A stretch of DNA of 63,768 nucleotides. It comes from Chloroflexota bacterium. GTDB lineage: Bacteria; Chloroflexota; Dehalococcoidia; Lucifugimonadales; UBA3495. This document shows positions 27,601 through 36,895 of the stretch, one piece after another. Position numbers and translations under genes: made by a program. Every line of letters starts with the position of its first letter. The stretch's first letter is position 1. The notes below the pieces were generated by a model, which worked only from the letters and a program-made list of their open reading frames with translations, was not told the DNA's origin and made no database searches. The stretch covers positions 1-63,768 of the forward strand of contig JADFFS010000001.1 in NCBI GenBank assembly GCA_022568195.1. The letters are read 5' to 3'.

Positions 27601-28183
27601 AGCGGCACTACTTCGCTACGTAGAGCTGCCCGGTGCTCGCTTTCTCAAGGCACTCAAGCTCACCCCCAATGCAGTAACCCTTCTTGGATTTGCTGTGTCA
27701 GTGGTTGCCGCCTACCTGGTGGGATCGGGCTGGCTTCTGGCCGGCGGCGTTGTGTTCTTGCTGGGCGGTGGTTTGGACCTGATGGACGGCGCGCTGGCTC
27801 GTCTGACCGGCACCGAAAGCCCCTTCGGCGCTCTGCTGGACTCGGTGTTTGACCGGCTGGGAGAAGCTGCGCTGTTCGTGGGGCTCGCCGTCTACGGTCT
27901 CCGGGCCGGCTTCGGCGACCACTACCTGATGTTCTTCATGACCGTGTTGCTCCTGGCTTTGATATTCTCCCAAGGCGTGAGCTACCTGCGGGCCCGGGGA
28001 GAGGGCCTGGGGGTGTTTACCCGCGCCGGGGTGATGACCCGCCCGGAGAGGGTTGTCCTACTGGGAATCGGTTTGCTGATCGGCCAGATAGTTTGGGTCC
28101 TGCTGGCCATCGCCGTGGTGTCATGTTTTACCCTGTTCCAGCGAATGTTTACCATCCGTCACCAGCTGGACCAGGGTGGATAA
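27572..28183 (+). CDS. CDP-alcohol phosphatidyltransferase (phosphatidylinositol-phosphate synthase-like)
   Basis: DLMDGALARLTGTESPFGALLDSVFDRLGE equals D-G-x2-A-R-x8-G-x3-D-x3-D. About 200 aa, all membrane. Overlaps the GT4 gene by 29 nt. Confidence 0.8.
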   Translation: MAIPGREQVRAALLRYVELPGARFLKALKLTPNAVTLLGFAVSVVAAYLVGSGWLLAGGVVFLLGGGLDLMDGALARLTGTESPFGALLDSVFDRLGEAALFVGLAVYGLRAGFGDHYLMFFMTVLLLALIFSQGVSYLRARGEGLGVFTRAGVMTRPERVVLLGIGLLIGQIVWVLLAIAVVSCFTLFQRMFTIRHQLDQGG

Positions 28184-28300
28184 GCAGCAGTTTCCCGTGT
28201 AAACTGATAATCTGCTTTGGCCGCACGACTAGAGCGGTCGGCGCCTTCGCGGGACCACCGTCACCAGTTAATCCAGTTGCTTCCAGGAGCCTGCAGGATA

Positions 28301-28996
28301 ATGCAGCAGCCCATCATATCCGACCAGGACAAAAGCCGGCTCAAGCGCAGCTTCCGCAAAGACCTCAAGGGCCCGGTCCATCTACGCCTGTTCACCCAAA
28401 AGCAGTCGGTAATCACCATCCCGGGACGGGAGTGTCCCTCCTGTTCCCAGACCCAACAGCTGATGGAGGAGTTGGCCAGCCTGTCGCCGAAGATCAACCT
28501 GGAGACCATTGACTTTTACGGCGAACCACAGGTAGCCAGGGATTCGGGCGTCACCAGGATTCCGGCGGTAGTCCTCAGCAAAGACAGCACCTCCCGGGCC
28601 AAGTTTTACGGGTCTCCCATGGGCTACGAAGTGGCCACCATCGTAGACGGAATTAAGGCCATCTCCCGGGGCGTCAGCCCCCTGAGCATGGACACCCGCA
28701 AAAAGCTGAGGCAAGTCAGCCAGGACGTTCATATCCAGGTCTTTGTGACCCCAGCCGACGCCAACTGCCCCGGTCTGGCCCGTTTGGTCCATGCCATGGC
28801 CCTGGATTGTCCCTTCATCACGGCCGATGTGGTGGAAATTCAGGAGTTTCCGGCGCTGGCTCGCACCTACGGTGTCCGCTCGGTGCCCTTTACGGTAATC
28901 AACGAGTACATCCGGTTCGCCGGCGTCGTCACCGAGAGCCAGCTTCTGGAAAAAGTGTTGCAGGCCGGGGTAAGAGCAACTCAAGAAAAGGGCTGA
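28301..28996 (+). CDS. Two-domain thioredoxin/glutaredoxin-like protein (archaeal PDO-like)
   Basis: Two thioredoxin-fold units. The first has CPSC and the second has only NCPGL (single Cys). VRSVPFTVINE is typical. I set the start at ATG 28301. Confidence 0.6.
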   Translation: MQQPIISDQDKSRLKRSFRKDLKGPVHLRLFTQKQSVITIPGRECPSCSQTQQLMEELASLSPKINLETIDFYGEPQVARDSGVTRIPAVVLSKDSTSRAKFYGSPMGYEVATIVDGIKAISRGVSPLSMDTRKKLRQVSQDVHIQVFVTPADANCPGLARLVHAMALDCPFITADVVEIQEFPALARTYGVRSVPFTVINEYIRFAGVVTESQLLEKVLQAGVRATQEKG

Positions 28997-29185
28997 CCTA
29001 ACTTTGAATTAGAGTCATGGTTAGCGAACAACGGCTGGGACTGGTACGGTAGGCCGGAGTTATAGATAAATAACCGTCGCACCGGCCCGGCTTATTGGGA
29101 GTCGAGACGGGTGATAGGGGTGGCCCCCTGGGTCACTGATGGGCCAAGGACAGACTTCACCAGGAGAGATACCTTGCCCAATGAG

Positions 29186-29647
29186 ATGAATGGAGACTTG
29201 AACGGCCGGGGTTTGAAGATCGCGGTGGTGGTCGCCCGCTTCAACGAGATCATTACTCGACAATTGCTCAACGGAGCGTTAGACACATTGGCGCGCCACG
29301 GTGTAGAGGACGATGACATTAGCGTCGCCTGGGTTCCGGGTTCCTTCGAATTGCCGGTGGTCGCCAAGACCTTTGCCCAGACGGGCAGGTACGACTCGGT
29401 CATTTGCTTGGGGGCGGTAGTCCGGGGAGAGACCGGACACTACGAGATGGTTGCCGGACACGCGTCCGGGGGCATTGGCAGCGTTTCGCTGGAGACAGGA
29501 ATACCCACCATATTCGGTGTGCTGACCACGGAGAACATGGATCAAGCACTCAATCGCTCCGGGGGCAAAGCTGGCAACACCGGCAGCACCGCTGCGGTTG
29601 CGGCCATCGAAACCGCTCGGTTGATTCAGGCCATCAGAGCCGGCTAG
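29186..29647 (+). CDS. ribH: 6,7-Dimethyl-8-ribityllumazine synthase
   Basis: [43 protein letters not shown] and [10 protein letters not shown] set the start at ATG 29186 (153 aa). Confidence 0.9.
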   Translation: MNGDLNGRGLKIAVVVARFNEIITRQLLNGALDTLARHGVEDDDISVAWVPGSFELPVVAKTFAQTGRYDSVICLGAVVRGETGHYEMVAGHASGGIGSVSLETGIPTIFGVLTTENMDQALNRSGGKAGNTGSTAAVAAIETARLIQAIRAG

Positions 29648-29731
29648 AGCCGCCGGCGTTCAGCGGCGGATATGTCTCATAACCTGGCGGGCAAACTCGC
29701 GGGCGGCTAAGTCCCACTGCCGGAGCCTAGC

Positions 29732-30634
29732 ATGAAATTTGGCGTGACCATTCCCAACAACTGGGGCGTAGAAGACCCTCAGCAGGTGTTGGCTATGGGC
29801 CCTGCGGCCGAGGACCTGGGCTACGACTCCTTGTGGGTGATGGACCATCTGTTCAACACCGGTTACATCGGGGAACGGCTGGATGACAAGCCCTATTACC
29901 ACCCCTTGGCAACGTTGTCTTACCTGGCAGCCACCACCAAGCGGGTCTTGCTGGGCACCTCGGTATTGGTCCTGCCCTACCACAACCCGGTGGAACTGGC
30001 TAAATACACCGCCAGCTTGGACCAGATGTCTGGGGGAAGGTTGATCCTGGGTGTGGGCGTAGGGGCTATGACAGAGGAATTTGAGGCTCTGGGCATTTCC
30101 ATGCGCCAAAGAGGCTCGCTGACCAACGAGTGTATCACCATCATGAAAGAGCTGTGGACCAACCACGATCCTAGCTACCACAGCCGACGCTGGGATTTCT
30201 CCGGCCTGAGGTTCTCTCCCAAGCCTCTGCAAAAGCCCCACATACCGCTGCTGATCGGTGGCTCCAGCCCCGGAGCATTACGCCGGGCGGCCACCCTGGG
30301 CGATGGTTGGCATCCTTCTGGGTTGTCTCCCGAGGAATTCAGCTTGGGCCGGAGAGAGATACGCGAGTTGGCCCAAGCAGCCGGCCGGGACCCGGACGCG
30401 TTAACCATGTCCCTGCGGCTGGAGGTTGAGGTTCACGGCAGGCCTTCCAGCGACCGGGCTGCCGGCCGCGCCAGGCTTTTCGGAGACGATCCGGACCAGC
30501 TGGCTGCCTCCATCGCCGCCTACCAGACTGCCGGCGTGGACCACGTCGTCTTGGCCTTGAACTCTGGGGATGTCCCAGCCCTCAACAAATTGATGGACAC
30601 CATCGCCAGGGAAGTCATTCCCCGGTTCCGCTGA
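29732..30634 (+). CDS. LLM-class (luciferase-like) F420/flavin-dependent oxidoreductase
   Basis: MKFGVTIPN...LGYDSLWVMDHL... and GRLILGVGVG are typical of the LLM family. Confidence 0.8.
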   Translation: MKFGVTIPNNWGVEDPQQVLAMGPAAEDLGYDSLWVMDHLFNTGYIGERLDDKPYYHPLATLSYLAATTKRVLLGTSVLVLPYHNPVELAKYTASLDQMSGGRLILGVGVGAMTEEFEALGISMRQRGSLTNECITIMKELWTNHDPSYHSRRWDFSGLRFSPKPLQKPHIPLLIGGSSPGALRRAATLGDGWHPSGLSPEEFSLGRREIRELAQAAGRDPDALTMSLRLEVEVHGRPSSDRAAGRARLFGDDPDQLAASIAAYQTAGVDHVVLALNSGDVPALNKLMDTIAREVIPRFR

Positions 30635-30815
30635 CCGTAGCCCGCCCAGGGCCGGTCGACTCACTGAACTCGGAGACACCAATTGATCACATGTGAGAAC
30701 TGACGAACCTTCCCGAACGTTCAATCCACAGGATGTCGCCGCCGGCGTCTATTGCAGGCTTCTCTTGAAAGAAGTCCCTTGGTGGCGTAGGGTTCCGAAT
30801 AAATTAGCTTTCTCT

Positions 30816-32246
30816 CTATTCCTCTTCCCTCGTTTCCTCTTCCTGAGTTTGCTCCTGCGCGACTTCGGACATTCCGCTCCAAGCCTGATGTAACGCCTCT
30901 ATTTCCTGCTGGCCGGGTTCAATATCGCCATAGTGGGCCGACTGGAACCCGTCCACGATCCGGCGAACCGGCTCCCCCGGCAGCAAGCCTTGCAAGGTTC
31001 CCTGGTGCTCCCTAGGCGTCTGCCACTCTTCCCGGGGCCGGCCCAACCGGGACGCCACCCGTAGAAGCGCGTGGTAAAACTCCCGGGGGGTTCTCGGCTC
31101 GGGGTCTGGCTTGTCACCGCGGTTACCTGCGGAAACCAGGTTGTTCCACCACTCGTTAAGCAGCGCGGATAGGTCATCGTTGGCCCGCTTCCAGCTAAAC
31201 AGCGACTCCCGGGTCTCTTCCACTTCACCCGGCACCCGTAGCAAACGCCGAAATCGGAAGACACGGTACAGGATCCAAATCGCCACACCGGTAGCCGCCA
31301 GGAACCCCAACCACTTCAGCAAGGCCACCAGCAACGAAGGCGGGCCACCATCCCCCGCCTCGGCCTGCATGGACTCGTGGAACTGCCGCATTTGTTCCTG
31401 CGCCCGCTCCAGGCCGCTCAGGTCCCCGCCTCCGAACATGCTGGATAACCAGTTGCCCAAGGCGACCAATAGCCCTGCCACGAACCCCAAGGCCAGCAGC
31501 AGCGGTTTGATGACCCAGAATCCAATGGTGAGGGCCATCTTCAGGACCAAGCGGGTAACATCGTCCAGACCGCCCAAGCCCACGGCGCTGATCAACAACC
31601 CCAGCAGCAGCACCGCTCCTACGCTCACGCCGATGGGCACCCACCAGTCCAGAGACATTTCCTGGGCATCACTGGCTTCGGAAGCAAACCTGGCCAAAGA
31701 GAGCCCAGCCAATCCCACGCCAAAGAACCCCACTATCAGATAGCCATTGATGATCCGGGCGTCACTGAGGCTGTCCATCAACACCGCCACGAAGAGCACC
31801 ACCATACCCCACTGAAAGGAGCTTCGCATGGTATCCAGGGTAGTCTCGTCGTGGGCAATGGTGCTGCCGCGCCACCACAGCAGGACCAGGAAGGCAAAAA
31901 CCAACACCTGCCGGAACACCGTATCCAAACCGGCGCCGAGGAACGATCCAACGGGTATAATCCCCATCCCGGTGTGGAGGTGAGACAAAATGAGCACTGA
32001 AAGTAGGCTGATGCTCACCCCCGCGAACCCGCGGAGGTTGGGCGAAAAGCGCAGCGTCTGCACGTAAAAGGACAGCAAATAAGACCAAATCAAGCCCAGC
32101 AACACCAACCAGAATGGAAGCGCCGCGGCGCTCTGATTCAAGACCGTGCTAAGGAGCTTGATGATCAGGTAAAAGGCACAGGACTCTAGAAAGAGCCCAG
32201 CCGTGGTGACTAGACTAGCGCGCCAGAACTGTGTCATGCTCGTCAA
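30816..32246 (-). CDS. Polytopic membrane protein with C-terminal DUF4129 domain
   Basis: Many TM helices, then TPREFYHALLRVASRLGRPREEWQTPREH....AHYG (DUF4129-like). Third gene of the MoxR/DUF58 operon. Confidence 0.7.
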   Translation of the reverse strand: MTSMTQFWRASLVTTAGLFLESCAFYLIIKLLSTVLNQSAAALPFWLVLLGLIWSYLLSFYVQTLRFSPNLRGFAGVSISLLSVLILSHLHTGMGIIPVGSFLGAGLDTVFRQVLVFAFLVLLWWRGSTIAHDETTLDTMRSSFQWGMVVLFVAVLMDSLSDARIINGYLIVGFFGVGLAGLSLARFASEASDAQEMSLDWWVPIGVSVGAVLLLGLLISAVGLGGLDDVTRLVLKMALTIGFWVIKPLLLALGFVAGLLVALGNWLSSMFGGGDLSGLERAQEQMRQFHESMQAEAGDGGPPSLLVALLKWLGFLAATGVAIWILYRVFRFRRLLRVPGEVEETRESLFSWKRANDDLSALLNEWWNNLVSAGNRGDKPDPEPRTPREFYHALLRVASRLGRPREEWQTPREHQGTLQGLLPGEPVRRIVDGFQSAHYGDIEPGQQEIEALHQAWSGMSEVAQEQTQEEETREEE

Positions 32247-33438
32247 ACGCCTCCAGGGCCCTTCCTACCCGATACACCGTCACGCCCGGTGTTTCTACTC
32301 CAGGAGCACCGTCGCCCGCGAACAAAATTAGAACCCGGTAACCACGCTCTCGAATCTCGGCCACCTCTTCAGCAATCGCATCGGTCATTACACCGGTCAC
32401 CAGCACGATGGTGGCGCCGGGCGGCAGCAAGGAGCTTTCTCCGCGCAACACATCAACCAGCGGGGTAACTACGTACGGCGCCGCGGTGGCCAATGCCTCC
32501 AGCACCAGCGAAAGCTGATCTGCCGAAGCCCCCAAGGGCACGCTCAGCCATCTGCCAGAAAAACTAGCCACCGCATTGCTGACCAGGCCGAAGCTGTAGC
32601 CTTCATTTGCCACGAAGCTGGCCACCGACGCCGCGGCGGTGACAGCACGCTCGAAAATCCGCCGGTTGCTCCCCTGCCAGGCGTGTTCGCTGGTCGACGC
32701 GTTCAGCGCTATCAGCACGTTCAGAGACACGACGGGCTCGAACACCTTGGTCTGCAAGCGCATACGGCGGGCCGTGGCCTTCCAGTCAATGTGCTTCATG
32801 GGATCGGTAGGGCTGTAGTCTCTCAGGCGCAGAAACCGGGTCGTATCCTGGACCATGGTCTGCCGTCCGCGGGTCTGCCCCAAAGGATGCTCCTCCGGGA
32901 GTACCAACTGGTCCAGGTCGACTATCCGAGGATAAACCAACACGTGGTCCACATCGGATAAGCGGATTTCCGCCGCGCTGAATCCGAATATGTCCCCGGT
33001 GCGCAAACGCACGGGGCCGATACGGTGATAACCCCGGGCGGTACAAGTTAGCGTGTACTTCCAGGACACTTTCTGATATGGCAACAGGGACGCGGTAATG
33101 CTGTGCTGGCGCGTCAACTCGGCGCCGCTTCCCCGCAAGTGTGCTCCAGGAAGATCGATTCCTTCGGGAAACTGGTCCTGGATGTCCACCCAGATCAGCG
33201 GCAGGATTTTCTCGTTGACCAGAGTGACCGTGTATTCCAGGGAGTCCCCGATAAAGGCGCGGTGCTGGGACAGGGTGCGGGAGTGGGTCACCTTGCGAAA
33301 GGCATGACGGTTCCAGAACCGGGCAGTCAAGGTGATGACGATGACCAGCGACCCCACTACCAGCAGGAGACCCTGGCTGGCCACAAGGCCGATGAACACC
33401 AGGAGGACGCTAAAAAATAACCACAGTTCGTTGACCAT
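32215..33438 (-). CDS. DUF58 (vWA-like) protein
   Basis: LRDYSPTDPMKHIDWKATARRMRLQTKVFE is the DUF58 signature. Two N-terminal TM helices. Confidence 0.85.
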   Translation of the reverse strand: MVNELWLFFSVLLVFIGLVASQGLLLVVGSLVIVITLTARFWNRHAFRKVTHSRTLSQHRAFIGDSLEYTVTLVNEKILPLIWVDIQDQFPEGIDLPGAHLRGSGAELTRQHSITASLLPYQKVSWKYTLTCTARGYHRIGPVRLRTGDIFGFSAAEIRLSDVDHVLVYPRIVDLDQLVLPEEHPLGQTRGRQTMVQDTTRFLRLRDYSPTDPMKHIDWKATARRMRLQTKVFEPVVSLNVLIALNASTSEHAWQGSNRRIFERAVTAAASVASFVANEGYSFGLVSNAVASFSGRWLSVPLGASADQLSLVLEALATAAPYVVTPLVDVLRGESSLLPPGATIVLVTGVMTDAIAEEVAEIRERGYRVLILFAGDGAPGVETPGVTVYRVGRALEAFDEHDTVLAR

Positions 33439-33456
33439 AAGGCATTGCCGCCGCCG

Positions 33457-34425
33457 TTACACCGGCACCGCGATCTGAGACAGAATCTCGTCGACAACGC
33501 TGTCCGACGTGCGGTCCCGCAACCGGGCCTGAGACTTGAGGATAATTCTATGGGACAGCGCGTATGGCGCCAGGGTTTTGACGTCGTCAGGCACCACATA
33601 CTCCCGGCCACGGATGGCGGCCAAAGCCTGGCTGCACCGGTAAAGGCCCATGGTGGCCCGGGGGCTTGCCCCCAACTCCACGTCCGGGTGGCACCGGGTG
33701 GCCTGGACCAACTGGACCACATAGTTGCGAAGCACAGGTTCGAAGTGGATCTCGCGGATGGCTTCTTGAAATTCCGCAATCTCCGGACCTGTCGCCACCG
33801 GCTCAAGTTCCGCCAGGGGGTCTCCTGTGTGGAAACGGGTCAAAATCGCGTCTTCTTCCTCCTCCATGGGATACCCCAAGCGCAAACGCAACAGAAAGCG
33901 GTCCAGTTGGGCTTCGGGTAACGGGAAGGTTCCTTCGAGCTCGATGGGGTTCTGGGTAGCCAACACCATGAAGGGAGCGGGAAGGATCATAGTGACGCCG
34001 TCCACGGTCAACTGCCGTTCGCCCATGGCCTCCAGCAAGGCCGATTGGGTTCGCGGCGTCGCTCGGTTGATTTCGTCGGCCAGCACAACCTGGGCAATTA
34101 TCGGGCCCGGACGGAACTCGAACTCTCCGGTTTTCTGGTTGTAGTAATGAATCCCGGTGATGTCCGAAGGCATCAAGTCAGGGGTAAATTGAATCCGTTT
34201 AAAACTACAATCCAGGGAGCTGGCCAAAGACCGGGCCAGCATCGTCTTACCGATCCCCGGGACGTCTTCAATCAGGATGTGTCCCCCGCTCAAGATGGCT
34301 GCCAGGGTCAGCTCGATTACCCCGCCTTTGCCCACCAAGACCTTTTCCATGTTGGCCTTGATCTTGGCCGCAGATTCAGCTACTCCGGTGGTCACCCCGC
34401 TATGCGATGATTCTTGCTGAGCCAT
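33457..34425 (-). CDS. MoxR-family AAA+ ATPase
   Basis: GHILIEDVPGIGKTMLARSLA, VLADEINRATPRTQSALLEAM and FMVLATQNP. Confidence 0.92.
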   Translation of the reverse strand: MAQQESSHSGVTTGVAESAAKIKANMEKVLVGKGGVIELTLAAILSGGHILIEDVPGIGKTMLARSLASSLDCSFKRIQFTPDLMPSDITGIHYYNQKTGEFEFRPGPIIAQVVLADEINRATPRTQSALLEAMGERQLTVDGVTMILPAPFMVLATQNPIELEGTFPLPEAQLDRFLLRLRLGYPMEEEEDAILTRFHTGDPLAELEPVATGPEIAEFQEAIREIHFEPVLRNYVVQLVQATRCHPDVELGASPRATMGLYRCSQALAAIRGREYVVPDDVKTLAPYALSHRIILKSQARLRDRTSDSVVDEILSQIAVPV

Positions 34426-34466
34426 GCTTGTTGGACGGTAAGCCTGAGTGCGCGAACAAATCGCGT

Positions 34467-35168
34467 CTAGCGGCTACTCAGGTACTCTTCCACCTCCCGC
34501 AGGTCCTTGAAGGAGTCTACGCTGCGCCAAAAGGCTTCTGACTTGAGCGCCGATATTTTCCCTGCCTCGGCCAGCCGGGGAAAGGTTTCGGTTTCGTGGT
34601 CGCCCAACTCAGGCAGTTCCGAGGCGATCCGCCGGTCGAATAGGTATATGCCCGCGTTGATCCAGTGGGGCAATGGCGCCTTTTCGCGGAAGCCCACAAC
34701 GTCGCCGGTTGGGTTCATATCTACCAAGCCGTAGGGGCTAACAAAGGGTACCACCATGATCGTCGCTAGATGGGAAGGGTCGTCTTTCTTCTTGGCTTGG
34801 TACACGGCCGTCAAACTTTCGAAGGGTTCCGAGGTGATGATGTCCCCGTTCAGGACCACGACCGTGTCCTCTTCCTCGGGCACCAACGGGAATCCCTTAC
34901 GGATCGCGCCGCCGCGGCCCAAGGGCGAGTCTTCCACGCTGTATTGGGCCCGAATGCCAAACTCTTGGCCATCACCGAAATAGTCCTGGATAGCTTGCCA
35001 CCGGTACCCGGCCAGGAACACCACATCGGTAACCCCGGCCGTCTTGAGCCATTGGACCTGATGCCAAAGGATGGGCTTGTCGCAAACCGGCACCATGGGC
35101 TTGGGCAACGTGTCGGTCAACGGCCGTAGCCTTTCTCCCTTTCCTCCAGCCAGTATCAGCGCATACAT
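34467..35168 (-). CDS. Sugar-phosphate nucleotidyltransferase (NTP_transferase family)
   Basis: MYALILAGGKGERLRPLTDTLPKPMVPV. I set the start at ATG 35168. Confidence 0.8.
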   Translation of the reverse strand: MYALILAGGKGERLRPLTDTLPKPMVPVCDKPILWHQVQWLKTAGVTDVVFLAGYRWQAIQDYFGDGQEFGIRAQYSVEDSPLGRGGAIRKGFPLVPEEEDTVVVLNGDIITSEPFESLTAVYQAKKKDDPSHLATIMVVPFVSPYGLVDMNPTGDVVGFREKAPLPHWINAGIYLFDRRIASELPELGDHETETFPRLAEAGKISALKSEAFWRSVDSFKDLREVEEYLSSR

Positions 35169-35386
35169 AAGGACGGCACCTGGAACCAGTTGGGCCTTGG
35201 AGCCCAAATAGTTAGCTGCACGATAATATACGCGCCATAGTGACCAGCGGTCAAATACGAACGCGGCACAGCACGCAGGATGAGCCGGGGTAGAGACAAC
35301 GGGATGCGCGGAATAGATCCGCGAACCGCCGACTCATGTGAGTTGGCCACGGGCGGCCGCGAACCGGCGGGTATGTTACCATGGTC

Positions 35387-35400
35387 ATGACTATAGTCAT
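35387..35400. promoter_or_regulatory. Perfect 14-bp palindrome, likely Phd/VapC operator
   Basis: ATGACTATAGTCAT lies 17 nt upstream of the phd ATG and contains a TATAGT -10-like hexamer. Confidence 0.4.
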
Positions 35401-35416
35401 TAAAGCAGGCGTACCG

Positions 35417-35647
35417 ATGAGAACGTTCAAAGCGTCAGAATTCAAGGCCAAATGCCTCAAGATCATGGATGAGGTAGCCGCCACCGGTGAACCCGTGTTG
35501 ATCACCAAGAACGGCGTTCCCGTGGCGGAGCTGGTGCCGGCCCGGCGCAAGCCGAGGGCCATCTTCGGCTCCATGAAGGGCTCGGTCACCTACATGGGTG
35601 ACATCATCTCTCCCATCGACGTGGCATGGGAGGCCGAGGTTGACTGA
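35417..35647 (+). CDS. Phd/YefM-family type II antitoxin
   Basis: MRTFKASEFKAKCLKIMDEVAATGEPVLITKNGVPVAELVP. Confidence 0.8.
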   Translation: MRTFKASEFKAKCLKIMDEVAATGEPVLITKNGVPVAELVPARRKPRAIFGSMKGSVTYMGDIISPIDVAWEAEVD

Positions 35648-36050
35648 AGACCTCGTCCTCGACACCCATAGCCTTGTTTGGCTCGTCGAGGGTGACCCAA
35701 GCCTGGGCCAGCAGGCCAGACGGTCGGCGCAGGCATCACTCCAAGCAGACCGGCTCTCGGTTTCGGCAATCAGTTTCTGGGAAATCGCCATGCTCGTCAG
35801 GTCCGGCCGCCTGGGCCTCGCTATGGCGGTGGCCGAATGGCATCGGAGAACACTGGACCTGGGAATCATAGAGGCGCCGGTGACGGGACAAATCGGCATC
35901 TTGGCAGGGGAGTTGGACGGCTTGCCCGGCGACCCAGCCGACCGCATTATCACCGCAACGGCCCTGCTGCAGGGCCACACGCTGCTTACCGCCGACCAGC
36001 GCATCCTCGGTTGGAGTGGGGCCGTGCTCCGCCTAGACGCCCGTGAATAA
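35640..36050 (+). CDS. vapC: PIN-domain toxin VapC
   Basis: LVLDTHSLVWL (Asp), SAISFWEIAML (Glu) and ADRIITATAL...LLTADQRI (Asp residues). TTG start overlaps the antitoxin stop by 8 nt. Confidence 0.8.
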   Translation: MTEDLVLDTHSLVWLVEGDPSLGQQARRSAQASLQADRLSVSAISFWEIAMLVRSGRLGLAMAVAEWHRRTLDLGIIEAPVTGQIGILAGELDGLPGDPADRIITATALLQGHTLLTADQRILGWSGAVLRLDARE

Positions 36051-36105
36051 CCGAATCTGAGGTAGGCCAAATTGAAGGGATTTCCGTTGAGCAGTGGCCG
36101 CCTGG

Positions 36106-36711
36106 CTATGGCACCGATTTGCGGCCTGTTATAACGCCGCCGCTTTGGGCGAATTGAAACACCGCCTGCTGTATGTCGCCGAGACGCCACTCACCCTGCG
36201 GACCGGGCCCGATCTTCTGAATGTTAGCTTGGAGTTCGCGGCAGATATCAAGGAACGCCAGATACCCTCGTATCGTGGATGCCCTATCCGCATCGCGAAT
36301 GGTGGGGAGAACGTGCTCAAGCCCGGTGCGAATCCACCGGTCTAGGGCCACGTAACTCTTTGGGTTCATAAAGAGAAGCGTCTTACTGGCGTAAGTTAGA
36401 CCCCAATGCTCCAGATCTAAGACGGCTCCAATGGCCCATTTGGGTTGTTCAAAGTAGCGAATCGCTTCCGCGGTCTTTGCCCGCACTTCCCAGTCTGTGT
36501 TGTGGCTTTTAAGCCTCTGTTTGATTCCGTGCTGGCTGCCTCCCCAGACCGCAATGGCGTACAGGTCTTCAAGGTCGAGATGACCATAGCGAGCCGCCTT
36601 CGCCGGGAGATTATCCAACAATTCGCAGTACCCATGCCAATACTTCGATAGCTTGTAGTTCTCGTACCAGCCTGGGATGGCCTTGGCAAATTCTTCTAAG
36701 CAGATTTCCAT
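36106..36711 (-). CDS. Hypothetical protein, possibly OGG-fold (8-oxoguanine glycosylase-like) family
   Basis: 201 aa, AT-richer by eye. IAVWGGSQHG and WGLTYASKTLLFMNPKSYVALDRW resemble the WGG.R ... ASK.L.F..P....D pattern I associate with OGG-fold proteins. Weak recall. Confidence 0.4.
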   Translation of the reverse strand: MEICLEEFAKAIPGWYENYKLSKYWHGYCELLDNLPAKAARYGHLDLEDLYAIAVWGGSQHGIKQRLKSHNTDWEVRAKTAEAIRYFEQPKWAIGAVLDLEHWGLTYASKTLLFMNPKSYVALDRWIRTGLEHVLPTIRDADRASTIRGYLAFLDICRELQANIQKIGPGPQGEWRLGDIQQAVFQFAQSGGVITGRKSVP

Positions 36712-36736
36712 GCACGGCTCCGGCTACACGGGATTA

Positions 36737-36895
36737 TCAGGCAGCGTTCTCACCAGCGACCACTTCTTGAATAGGCCGCCCCAGTGCCTGCGCCAGGGAC
36801 ACCAAAGTATCGTAACGTGGCGACTGGTCCCCATGCTCGATTCGGACCAGAGTGACCCGCCCGATGTCGGCGGCCTGGTCCGGTCCCAACTGCAA
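36737..36895 (-). pseudogene. XRE-type HTH segment lying in frame directly behind the hicB TAG stop
   Basis: The frame continuing after TAG (36896-36898) reads LQLGPDQAADIGRVTLVRIEHGDQSPRYDTLVSLAQALGRPIQEVVAGENAA-stop. That is a helix-turn-helix of the XRE/Cro type with no start codon of its own. Confidence 0.5.

Noticed and set aside
28997-29185. FMN riboswitch upstream of ribH
   Set aside because: I could not find the conserved RFN elements (AGGAUAGUCCGAGAG..., GGUGAAAUUCC-type segments) by eye. A covariance-model scan would be needed to be sure.
35208-35420. Direct repeat of the tRNA-Gln 3' half marking the far end of the islet (att remnant)
   Set aside because: There is only a weak resemblance (GCGGCCGCGAACC versus GCCTGGGATCGAACC). 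That is not enough to call an att site without a formal alignment.
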